Assembly (NCBI RefSeq): GCF_965247905.1
Contig: NZ_OZ252047.1
Span: 196,938 to 260,937 of the forward strand
Direction of reading: 5' to 3'
From: Candidatus Spongiihabitans sp.
Lineage (GTDB): Bacteria > Pseudomonadota > Gammaproteobacteria > Arenicellales > Poriferihabitantaceae
DNA: 64,000 nucleotides
Below, piece after piece: positions 46,032 to 54,701 of this stretch. The position numbers and the translations under genes are program-made. The notes beneath the pieces are model-generated. The model was not told where the DNA came from, searched no databases, and saw nothing but the letters and a program-made list of their open reading frames with translations. The first letter of the stretch is position 1. Every line of letters starts with the position of its first letter.

Positions 46032-49000
46032 TTATTTACTGTCATTATCTTCCTCCCCAAACACACGAAACTGCTGCGACGTGGTGGCCGCATCCAATGA
46101 AATCTCTACAGATGAAGCGACCGCTTCAAGTTGACTCAGGGGATTATTAAGCACCTTTAACTCGTACTCTACGGTCTCGGTATCGATGGGTGTGAATCTG
46201 TATATGTAATATTTGTTCTTCCACTTGGCTGCCGTATTGACCTCGTTGATAGTCAATTTTACACGACCACCTGACCGTTTTTCCTTAGCCTCAATCACCC
46301 GCTCTATCAAAGCCGAACTCTGATCATCACCGGATTCGAATAAAGCCCTGTCTTCGGCACTGCGAAAACTAAGTAGGTCAGCGGTAATTGTTTCATAACC
46401 TGTTATATGGCCAATATATAAAGGGAATCTTCCTTGCTTCTCTTCAAATAGCTTCGCTAGGTCCTCGCCAGCTTTCCCGTCAGACGTTGCAGTAGAACCT
46501 GCTACCGCTCCGCCTAAGCCCGAGCCGCCACCTGATACGCGTACTCCTACACGGGCACCAGGTTTCTCGGTCACATGTTCTACTGGTTCGACGCCAATAG
46601 CCGAAGGCACATCCCAACCAGTCGTGGCTGGCTCAGGTTCAGCCGCAACGGATTGTACTGTGGGTTTTAAAGGAGGAGTTGGAGGAGGAACATTAGGCGA
46701 CGCCCCTTGAACAGGCCCTATGATCACCGAAGGTTCAGGCATCACTTGTTCTGCAGCCCCTTCGATCAAAGTCTGCAACATTGAATCTAAATCATCGTCA
46801 AGGTTATCCCCTAACATTTTACTCAGTAACTCAGGGCGTATTGACGCATCACATTGATAAATTTTCGAGAATGAGTCACCGTCGATAAGCCCAAAGATAG
46901 AAGCGATGGCATCACCGATCGTATTTGCCAACAATGGATTGTATGGGTCACCTGCATTTACGGGATTACAACAGACATAAAGATAACCGTCTTGAATTGA
47001 GTAAGACCAATGTGGCAAAGGATTATCCAATGTTTCTTGCTTAAAGGTAATTTGACTTTGTGCCTGCTCGCAAACCACAAGTTCTAACCCTTCAAATATA
47101 TTTCGACCTGGCGCTTTAGCAAAGTGACTGTGACGATAGATTTCTATGTACTTTTTAGCCGATTGGAAATGTTGATTGGCCAGCTCGGTACAAGCGGCAA
47201 CGCGGTGGCCAATAACTTTCTCATTGACCGCCTCTTTATCCAAAACATTGACCCTGAATAGACGCCGGACCTTATCAGCTCCACGCTTTTTGAGCAAACA
47301 GGCAACAGGAAGTGATTTCAGTAACTCTTGGGGAAAACCTTCCACGTCGACGTGGTAAGTCTCATTAACTGGGAAGTAGCCTTGCTCATCGCCGTGCTTA
47401 GCATAAATTCTACCTTCCTCAGCGAAGGCTTCGTAGTTAGCTCCGGTTTCATCTAGTTCAAAATCGACTGTTTTGATTAGAAAATTGTACAACTTTTTCG
47501 CCAAATCACCAGAGGTATCCTTTTCTGGTAGTTCAGCTAACAAGGCATAGATTTCCTCGGAGTCGAGATCGTCAACACTCTCTCTGACTCCCGCATTTAT
47601 CCAAGCATGTTTCAGCAGGCTTTGAGACAAGCTTAATTCCTCCATGCTTACTATTGTTGGCATTATCGGTCTGGGAAATAAACCCGCGACGGCTGCATCA
47701 TTCACCATACAATCAATAGGTGCCAGCGGCTTAAGCTTATTAGCCCTTAGCCATGGGCTGTATTTGACTTTCCAACGAATATACGATGGCAGTTCGCCTT
47801 GATAAATTCGAGCATACCGTGCCCTTGAAGGATAAAAACTCAACGTGCCATGTTGCTCGGAACCTTTTAACCAGGAAACAGCTCGAGGGTCATTGGCCAA
47901 CCAAGCTAAGATAGCGTCGCTCTCGCTAGAAAGAATCACATCAATATCATCAAGCGACTTTACAAACTGGAATTTGCTATTAGTAGGTAGCTTTTTTACA
48001 GAGTCGAAAACGTGTATAGCATTTTCTCCAAATATAGCGGGGTATTTTAGCCTTTGCTTTGCGTAATCAAGAAATTCCGACTCGACCTGCATATTGTCAC
48101 TTAGCCTTGGCCATTCAGCCACGCCTAACCAAGCTAGAAATGTAGGTAGCGAGGCTCGCTCGATTCCCATTGATTCGTAAACTGATGACTCAGCTGCTAA
48201 TTTTCTTGGCGCAGATTGATACAGCCGACTAACGATATCTCCCGCAGCGGTATAGCCTGCACCAATGTAGAGTTGACTGGCACCCACCCACTCTGAGTTC
48301 TGGTTTAAAAGAATAGCATTCAATCGTTTAGGGAATTCTGGACGATCTTCCTCATTGCTATAAGAACTAAACAGCGTAAAGAGCGAATGCAATAATGCAG
48401 AACGGACTTGATCCTCATCCAGCTCATTGACTGCGACATTGGCTGACGAGACTAGACCTGCAATCATATTACCTAAGGAATATTCATGCACATCGAAAAC
48501 AGCTAAGTCTCGGGCGCTATCTCTTACCTTATTCCCCCGAAGCAACCCCCAGAGCCGTTCATTGAGTATTTTAACTTTTGCCCATTCAGGAAACACCAAC
48601 CCATCAGTTAAACTACTGCCAGGTAAATACACACCATCATCTTCGGATAGCTCATCACCCTGAGTATCTAACAACAGTCCCTTATAGCAGTAATCACTCC
48701 CCAAACGTTGATTGATTATCCCTAAAGCCACTGCTGCCCGCTGCTCCAGAGTTATATCGCTAGCCGCTTGCAATTGCGCGACAAACTGCTCACCCTTTAT
48801 GTGCTCAACACCCAGTCGATCAAACAGCTGCTTCTCCGTGGCGTTTCTAGCCATAACAATAGAGGGGAATATAGTTGCTGGTAACCATTCCAAAGCATTA
48901 ACACCCTTAGGGGAAGCAAACACTTCTGCTGCCGTGAGCATATCGCCAGACAGTACAGGAAGGATATTCCGTGTTTTAATCGCGTCGATTAAGGCCCCCT

Positions 49001-50195
49001 GTAAAGATTTAATATCCGACTGGTAGTCTTGCTGTAGCGAAGCAGGGTCAAGTAAATCTAGAGCACGATAGACATCACCGGACGCATCGACCTGCCGTTC
49101 AAAGATATCAGCCAAGAAAAGTGCTAAGCACTCCAGCACATAATCATTCGCCTCGCCTTCCCGCAAATGTTTACGATTTTGTTCCAACTCTAAGCTTGCA
49201 TGACATAAAGCGTGGAGAGGAAGCGGTATGGAAGTGGGGAAAAAGGAATACAAGTTCGCTGGCTCAGCCAATCCTTCATCGTTTAAAGCAACTATTAGTT
49301 GATAACTATCGGGGTCATCACTATCGCGCAGGAGGTCGTTTGGAATTTCACCTGTATCACTGAATAGCCTCCATCGCTTGCAGGTTTCGATATCACTATT
49401 AGGATCAAGCTCAGTAAGGTCAACCAAGTGTTCAGAAACAACCTCCGAACTCCATTCTTTAACCCAAGTCTCGTCCTCATGTTCACCAACTACTGAAACC
49501 GACAACGACTCAATGGAATCAGAAAACAGTAAAAATTCAGGGCGCAATAAGCTTAACTGATTAAGTGCATTATCATAGCTGTGAGCGCTGCCAAATGGCA
49601 TACCGACAACTGTCTCAAAACCAGTTTCAATCAACGATTCACAATTCTTGAACAAATCCGCATCAACGACAAAATGGCGCAGCTCAACTTTCGACAAATC
49701 GACCGGGAATGGTAATAAGGGTACTGGGTCAGTAGCCTCCCCCTGGTATTTCGCTAACTCTTCGCCTACAATGCTATATTGGCTTTTTAATTCATCTACT
49801 AAGCCATGAGCATAACGACTGCTAAAGGCCAGTTGTAACGCGCCACTAATAATCATCGGGTGGCGGGACCAATTGAGCACTGAACGAAAGCCCAAGCCTT
49901 TGCTGCCGATCAGCTGGCTATTTTTCGCGCGCTTGGGGCTTAAGTCAGCCGTTTGCAGCGAACTGACCCCACCTGTGGTAAAACCTAGTCCTGTATTCGC
50001 AACAATCAAGCCTTGGGGAGTGAGTTCAATCCGAATACGACTGCGTTGACCTGCTTTCCTAGCTGCATCCGCAGCGTTCTGTAACAGCTCAAGAATTTCG
50101 CGGCCTTTGTAGTCCCGAGAAATACCCTCTTCGCGTCGCTGATCAGCAACTAACTGGGAGGGTTTAATTCGGGAACTATCAAGGAAAGTTGACAA
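46032..50195 (-). CDS. Giant GHKL (sacsin/MORC-like) ATPase with a C-terminal DUF3883 restriction-endonuclease-like domain; 5' end displaced by a MITE insertion
   Basis: Bergerat motifs ILELLQNAADA, VANTGLGF, IGSKGLGFRSVLNW near the N-terminus. The C-terminal roughly 120 aa has a (D)...E-x-K pattern (ITADLLSF...IERVIEAKEK...LTINEVNTAAKWKNKYYIYRF) typical of DUF3883. The annotated TTG start lies inside the MITE terminal repeat. Confidence 0.8.
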   Translation of the reverse strand: MSTFLDSSRIKPSQLVADQRREEGISRDYKGREILELLQNAADAARKAGQRSRIRIELTPQGLIVANTGLGFTTGGVSSLQTADLSPKRAKNSQLIGSKGLGFRSVLNWSRHPMIISGALQLAFSSRYAHGLVDELKSQYSIVGEELAKYQGEATDPVPLLPFPVDLSKVELRHFVVDADLFKNCESLIETGFETVVGMPFGSAHSYDNALNQLSLLRPEFLLFSDSIESLSVSVVGEHEDETWVKEWSSEVVSEHLVDLTELDPNSDIETCKRWRLFSDTGEIPNDLLRDSDDPDSYQLIVALNDEGLAEPANLYSFFPTSIPLPLHALCHASLELEQNRKHLREGEANDYVLECLALFLADIFERQVDASGDVYRALDLLDPASLQQDYQSDIKSLQGALIDAIKTRNILPVLSGDMLTAAEVFASPKGVNALEWLPATIFPSIVMARNATEKQLFDRLGVEHIKGEQFVAQLQAASDITLEQRAAVALGIINQRLGSDYCYKGLLLDTQGDELSEDDGVYLPGSSLTDGLVFPEWAKVKILNERLWGLLRGNKVRDSARDLAVFDVHEYSLGNMIAGLVSSANVAVNELDEDQVRSALLHSLFTLFSSYSNEEDRPEFPKRLNAILLNQNSEWVGASQLYIGAGYTAAGDIVSRLYQSAPRKLAAESSVYESMGIERASLPTFLAWLGVAEWPRLSDNMQVESEFLDYAKQRLKYPAIFGENAIHVFDSVKKLPTNSKFQFVKSLDDIDVILSSESDAILAWLANDPRAVSWLKGSEQHGTLSFYPSRARYARIYQGELPSYIRWKVKYSPWLRANKLKPLAPIDCMVNDAAVAGLFPRPIMPTIVSMEELSLSQSLLKHAWINAGVRESVDDLDSEEIYALLAELPEKDTSGDLAKKLYNFLIKTVDFELDETGANYEAFAEEGRIYAKHGDEQGYFPVNETYHVDVEGFPQELLKSLPVACLLKKRGADKVRRLFRVNVLDKEAVNEKVIGHRVAACTELANQHFQSAKKYIEIYRHSHFAKAPGRNIFEGLELVVCEQAQSQITFKQETLDNPLPHWSYSIQDGYLYVCCNPVNAGDPYNPLLANTIGDAIASIFGLIDGDSFSKIYQCDASIRPELLSKMLGDNLDDDLDSMLQTLIEGAAEQVMPEPSVIIGPVQGASPNVPPPTPPLKPTVQSVAAEPEPATTGWDVPSAIGVEPVEHVTEKPGARVGVRVSGGGSGLGGAVAGSTATSDGKAGEDLAKLFEEKQGRFPLYIGHITGYETITADLLSFRSAEDRALFESGDDQSSALIERVIEAKEKRSGGRVKLTINEVNTAAKWKNKYYIYRFTPIDTETVEYELKVLNNPLSQLEAVASSVEISLDAATTSQQFRVFGEEDNDSK

Positions 50196-50386
50196 GCCCC
50201 GGATTCACTTGACTTCCCGCATAACTAGCTTACCGCCGACAACAACGAGTTTAAAGTGACGTTTGAGGTCTGATTTTTTAACAAGAGGCACCTTACCACG
50301 AGGTTTCGGCATAGCTAACAAAGCGCGGGTGGATTTATCTGTTTGTTTCATTCTTGGCGTTTTGTCAACTTTCCTTGATAGTTCCC
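50171..50386. mobile_element. MITE-B (216 bp) with perfect 25-bp terminal inverted repeats and an 8-bp TSD
   Basis: GGGAACTATCAAGGAAAGTTGACAA (50171-50195) and its exact reverse complement (50362-50386). They are flanked by TTTAATTC at 50163-50170 and 50387-50394. Confidence 0.85.
50205..50351 (-). CDS. 48-aa basic ORF inside MITE-B (speculative)
   Basis: ATG at 50351. Encodes MKQTDKSTRALLAMPKPRGKVPLVKKSDLKRHFKLVVVGGKLVMREVK. Below the track length cutoff and with no family signal. Confidence 0.2.
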   Translation of the reverse strand: MKQTDKSTRALLAMPKPRGKVPLVKKSDLKRHFKLVVVGGKLVMREVK

Positions 50387-50530
50387 TTTAATTCCGTAAA
50401 CCTGAAGAGCAATGTCCTGCTGCTCCGCCAGCCAAATGCTCCATTCGACGGCACTGCCTAGAGCAAGACCCTCTGTGGACATTTCACGCTCGGGTGTAAT
50501 GACGACAGGGTTTAGCGGCTCTTGGGCCAT
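50387..50530 (-). pseudogene. Original first 48 codons of the giant GHKL/DUF3883 gene, separated by MITE-B
   Basis: MAQEPLNPVVITPEREMSTEGLALGSAVEWSIWLAEQQDIALQVYGIK joins in frame to PSQLVADQRREEGISRDYKGREILELLQNAADA when the MITE and one TSD copy are removed. Confidence 0.7.
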
Positions 50531-50739
50531 GGCTTAAACAAATCCTTGTGGGCTAGTCATTCTTAGTCACCTATATATTGGTATCAGATCAGGCAGCATA
50601 CATCTCGCCAACAAGCTGATCGACCGAATGAATTAGATCAATATCTGACACTGAAAAATTTTTTTAGTTTTCCTCTTCTGGCAGTTCTTTTAGGGCTTCA
50701 TTTAATCCTCTGTAAGGCGCAAAAGCCTCTCGGATAATC

Positions 50740-51198
50740 CAGATTATTGCATGGCTCTCCTTCTGGATCGGAGTGCCAAAGGTATCTGAGCTTATACACC
50801 TGTTTATCGCGGCCTATGACGCCAAATACCCGAAGGCGACGCTGTGCTTACAGAAAGACCGGGAGGAGCTGATGGCATTCTACGACTTTCCCGCCATGCA
50901 CTGGCAGAGCATCCGCACCAGCAACCAGATTAATCGACCTTCGGCACCATCCGGCACCGAACCATCCGGCACCGAACCAAGCGCTCAAAGGGCTACCTCT
51001 CCAGAGATGGCATGCTACACATGATGTTCAAGCTGGGCATGTGTGCGGAGAAAAAATGGCATCGCCTGCGCGGGTTTAACTACTTGGCGAAGGTGATCAC
51101 GGGAATAGAATTTAAAGATGGAATCGAGGTAAAAGAAATTGACCGGGTCGCCGCTTGAATCAGGTGCTGAAACACCACTTTTGACAATAACTCTGTCC
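50740..51198 (+). pseudogene. IS256-family transposase 3' remnant (5'-truncated, frameshifted, 15-bp internal duplication) with IS terminus
   Basis: Encodes ...YPKATLCLQKDREELMAFYDFPAMHWQSIRTSN, then after a frameshift STFGTIRHRTIRHRTKRSKGYLSRDGMLHMMFKLGMCAEKKWHRL. The end ...CTTTTGACAATAACTCTGTCC is IS256-like. Confidence 0.75.
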
Positions 51199-51404
51199 TA
51201 TAGTTCATTTTCTTTGATTTCTGCAATACGCATCAATGCTTTTTGGAGTCCTGTCTTCAGGTCTTTATTTCCATGGACTGGAACCGAAATACGTTCTCTT
51301 CTTCCATCCATGATAAATATATGGTGACTGCTTGAGATTCTTTTCAATTCCCAGCCTTTTCGTTCCAAAAGTTTACACAATTCTTTGCCGGAGACGGTTT
51401 TCAT
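51198..51404 (-). CDS. hicA: HicA-family mRNA interferase toxin
   Basis: 68 aa. SGKELCKLLERKGWELKRISSSHHIF...ISVPVHGNKDLKTGLQKALMR is the HicA dsRBD-like signature, including the catalytic His. Confidence 0.85.
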   Translation of the reverse strand: MKTVSGKELCKLLERKGWELKRISSSHHIFIMDGRRERISVPVHGNKDLKTGLQKALMRIAEIKENEL

Positions 51405-51604
51405 ACCGCTAACTCTATAACTTCAGCTTCTTCATCGACTTCCGGCTCCTCGATATCAATGGATAAACAGCCAAGAATTGCATCTTCGATATTTATTTTT
51501 ATTTCTTTCATTGTATCACCTTGTGACACACATCCGGGTATTGAGGGCACTTCAGCCCAAAAGCCACCTTCTTCTGCTTTGTGAACTACAACTTTAATTT
51601 TCAT
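51401..51604 (-). CDS. hicB: HicB-like (UPF0150) antitoxin, short form
   Basis: 67 aa. VVVHKAEEGGFWAEVPSIPGCVSQGDTMKE...NIEDAI is the HicB N-terminal RNase-H-like partial fold. 4-nt overlap with hicA. Confidence 0.8.
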   Translation of the reverse strand: MKIKVVVHKAEEGGFWAEVPSIPGCVSQGDTMKEIKINIEDAILGCLSIDIEEPEVDEEAEVIELAV

Positions 51605-51840
51605 AGGAACAACATACCTGCATAGCGTTAATTTTTCAATTCATAAATAGAACGTCGAAGTTACTCATTTTAATTTAATTAGCTCTTAATGTTCTGTAAA
51701 ATGGTATGCTCCAGTGTTCCATTCGTATTACAGACTATCCAACGCTTACTAACATTACTTTCGAATGCCTCAAAATGAGCCTAATAGTTGCTCTTGTTTG
51801 ATTCTCTCCAACTTCAACTACCATAATATTCATTTTCATT

Positions 51841-52901
51841 GGTGGTCTCTAGTTTCTATTGCAACAATTCATTAAAAGCCTCAAAAGGCGCTTTCCAGTT
51901 TAACACGTTACGCGGTCGTCCATTTAATCGGTCTTGAGCCTTGCGCGCTTGATAAGCGCTGACTTGATTAAAGTCAGCGCCTTTCGGAAAGCGCCGCCTG
52001 ATCAAGCCGTTGGCGTTCTCATTGGCGCCTCGTTCCCATGGACTGCGTGGAGGGGCAAAACAGACCGGCATGCGGGTCTCTTTCGTGAACAATCGATGCG
52101 CTGGCATCTCTTTGCCCTGATCATGGGTCAGGGTTGGTTTCATCTGTTTCGGTGTCGTTCGTGATTTGCGCGCAAACGCCTTGCGCGCCGTTTCGGCGTC
52201 CGGTCTCTTCAAGCGAACCAGCAACACCGTCCGGGTGGCGCGCTCACCTAGCGCGCCAAGAGCGGATTGATGGCGTGCGCCCAGGATCAAGTCGCCTTCC
52301 CAATGACCGGGCACAGCGCGCTCAGCCACTTGCGCAGGCCGCTCTTCAATACTGATCATCTCCGGGATACGACCCCGACGGTCATTGCCCCGGCTCCGTG
52401 GCCGCCGCGCTGGTCGATGCTGCCGTAAACAACGCAACAGGGATTGACGCAGACTCCCCCGAGGCAATACATACAAATACGTATAGAGGGTTTCGGCGCA
52501 CACGCGCATCCGTTCATCCCCAGGATAATCTATCTTGAGCTTGGCGCTGATTTGAGCCGGCGACCACTGCTTGCGAAGTCCGTTGATGACGAGCCGACGC
52601 AAACCCGGGTCTTGAACCAACTTGCCCAAACGACGATAACACCGCCGCCGCGCCTTGTTGTCAGCGGTGACCGCCAAGTAATAAAATCCGCGCTTGTTAC
52701 GGTTGATTTCACGACTGATGGTTGATGGGCTTCGATAGAGTGGACCGGCGATTGCACGGATGCCCGCACCACAATGACACAATACGCCGATGGCCTCTCG
52801 CTCCACCAAGCATAGACGACGATAAGCCTTCATTATTCAACGCCTCGCTTGATATTGTTGTACTCATACTATAGGTGTTGCGTTAGAATTTAGAGACCGC
52901 C
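51841..52901 (-). mobile_element. IS30-family element, copy B
   Basis: Same sequence as copy A apart from a few substitutions. The ends are GGTGGTCTCT... and ...GAGACCGCC. Confidence 0.85.
51856..52833 (-). CDS. IS30-family transposase
   Basis: 325 aa. Differs from copy A at 2 residues near the C-terminus (NVLNWKAPF versus NALNWKTPF). Confidence 0.9.
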   Translation of the reverse strand: MKAYRRLCLVEREAIGVLCHCGAGIRAIAGPLYRSPSTISREINRNKRGFYYLAVTADNKARRRCYRRLGKLVQDPGLRRLVINGLRKQWSPAQISAKLKIDYPGDERMRVCAETLYTYLYVLPRGSLRQSLLRCLRQHRPARRPRSRGNDRRGRIPEMISIEERPAQVAERAVPGHWEGDLILGARHQSALGALGERATRTVLLVRLKRPDAETARKAFARKSRTTPKQMKPTLTHDQGKEMPAHRLFTKETRMPVCFAPPRSPWERGANENANGLIRRRFPKGADFNQVSAYQARKAQDRLNGRPRNVLNWKAPFEAFNELLQ

Positions 52902-53661
52902 CATCGTAAAACTAAAAAAGAGGGAAACCTTCCGCTCACAAGTTGAAGGCTACGAAACCTGTATCGTGCCGACTACCGGCAGTATTGATGTCATTGTACC
53001 GGGCGCATCTTACCAGAAGGTGGGAAAGCGCAGGCATATCTGGGAAGGCGATCCAGAAGGCGTCTATATCCCCACGGGTGTTGAGGCCAATCTTAACTGC
53101 GTGAGTGATGCGGCGGAAGTTTTCATCGCCGGCGCTCGACACGACGAAGTATATGAACCCTTCGTCGTGCGTGAGAGCGACATCGACCCGGTACAGTATG
53201 GCTCCGATGACACTAAAACCCACCGCAAGATCAAACACATTCTAGGCAAGAGTCCGGCAGGAAAAGTCGGCCGGCTGCTGGTAAGCGAGCTGTTTACAGT
53301 GGGCGCCGGCGGCTGGTCCGGATTTCCGCCACACAAGCATGATACCGATCATCTGCCCGAGGAAACCCGTCACGACGAGGTGTATCACTTTCGTTTCAAT
53401 CCATCTCATGGATTCGGAGCCCAGTTTCTCACTCAGGCAGGAGAAGATTACGGCGATGTCTGCCACATCCGAAACAGGTCCACTATCCTCATCGACCAGG
53501 GCTACCACCCCTGTGTCGCTGCTCCCGGATACGAAATGTACTACTTTACGGTGCTCGCAGGCCTGTCGCAGAGACCCTTGCACCAGCGCTTCCATCCGCA
53601 ACACGCTTACCAACTGGACACCATCCCCGGCATCAAAGACATGATCAACAAGTTCAAGTAG
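52902..53661 (+). pseudogene. 3' portion (about 252 codons) of the second iolB paralog (5-deoxy-glucuronate isomerase family)
   Basis: IolB signatures GWSGFPPHKHD...LPEETRHDEVYHFRF and GYHPCVAAPGYEMYYFTVLAG. The reading frame is open right up to the IS30 end. Confidence 0.75.
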
Positions 53662-53724
53662 CGCATTACACTTGCTTGAACCTGTTCAGATTCTTCTGAC
53701 GCTGCCCTGCCCGCGCCGCTCGCT

Positions 53725-54642
53725 TTATAAAGGCGCCGTCGGGTCATCGAGATCCATATCGATCCACACCGGTTGGTGGTCCGAAGCATCGGCCGCGCCG
53801 TCGATATGGATGCTACGCACCCGATCCGCCAGATTGGCCGTGACGAAGCAATAATCCAAACAAGTATCGGTATCCGCGCCTCCTTCGGCGGCATTAGCCA
53901 CGGCTGGAGAAGTCACCCTGTCGTTCTCTCCATGGCCGGCCACCACCCAGGCGTCGAGAAAGCCGTCGCGCCGAACAAGCCGACCATGGCGCGGCGACAA
54001 GGGGCCTGCGATCAAGTCATATTGAGTGGAGCCTGGAACGAAATTCAAGTCACCCATTAACATGGCCGGGCGCGGCATTGGCGGCTCTTCGCCTTCGGTC
54101 CACCCGGCATCAGGGTTCGGATGACCGCCGCACCAGGCGCCGCCTTCGGTCGGCGCCTGATCGATGATGTTGAGTAACGCCTCAATTTGGGGGCCGCGGG
54201 TTTCCGCCGACAAGTGGCTGAGATGGGCGGAATAGACGCGCACCGGCCCGGCCGGCATATCAATTACCGCTTCCAGCAGGGACTGCTGGATGCTGTGCTG
54301 GGTTAGCGTTCCATATTTCGGAAGCGGAAAACCGCGGCTCGAGATGATCGGCAAGCGCGACATCAGCATGATGCCGAACTGGCGGCGGCGGTTGATCAGG
54401 CGATTGTGTTCGTTGCGGTAACTCGCATCCATGTCCAAACCGGGTGCGTAGACCCAATGAAAATCAGGCAGGAGCTCGGCCAAAACGGCGACCTCGTCAA
54501 CGTTTCCTGAGCGTTTCCAAAACCGTTCAACCTCTTGCAGGGCAATAACGTCCCCGCCCTCGACCGCCTTGGCGGTGCGCTTCAAATCGTATTGCCCGTC
54601 CCGACCCAGCCCGTATTGGATGTTGTAGGTGACTATCTTCAC
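53725..54642 (-). CDS. Endonuclease/exonuclease/phosphatase (EEP) family hydrolase
   Basis: The N-terminus KIVTYNIQYG, LQEV, GDLNF and the C-terminal SDHQPV are the EEP catalytic motifs. Confidence 0.8.
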   Translation of the reverse strand: MKIVTYNIQYGLGRDGQYDLKRTAKAVEGGDVIALQEVERFWKRSGNVDEVAVLAELLPDFHWVYAPGLDMDASYRNEHNRLINRRRQFGIMLMSRLPIISSRGFPLPKYGTLTQHSIQQSLLEAVIDMPAGPVRVYSAHLSHLSAETRGPQIEALLNIIDQAPTEGGAWCGGHPNPDAGWTEGEEPPMPRPAMLMGDLNFVPGSTQYDLIAGPLSPRHGRLVRRDGFLDAWVVAGHGENDRVTSPAVANAAEGGADTDTCLDYCFVTANLADRVRSIHIDGAADASDHQPVWIDMDLDDPTAPL

Positions 54643-54701
54643 TTCGCAATTTCCTCAATTCGAGTTTGATGCCCATTGCCGACGGTTGCAACCCCGGAAA
54701 G

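Larger units (their letters stand above)
44895..52901 (-). mobile_element. IS30-flanked composite transposon (about 8.0 kb) with a 3-bp target-site duplication
   Basis: Two near-identical direct IS30 copies form the ends. The outer flanks are both CAT (44892-44894 and 52902-52904). The inner flanks do not match (TTA / ATT). The interrupted iolB paralog reads through in frame after virtual excision. Confidence 0.8.

Noticed and set aside
50171-50386. A perfect 25-bp inverted repeat pair flanking 166 bp exactly at the 5' end of the giant gene could be an invertible phase-variation promoter switch.
   Set aside because: The segment is flanked by an 8-bp direct duplication (TTTAATTC), and its excision restores a continuous reading frame. 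Additional copies of the terminal repeat occur at the other end of the window. No site-specific recombinase is adjacent. MITE insertion is the simpler explanation.
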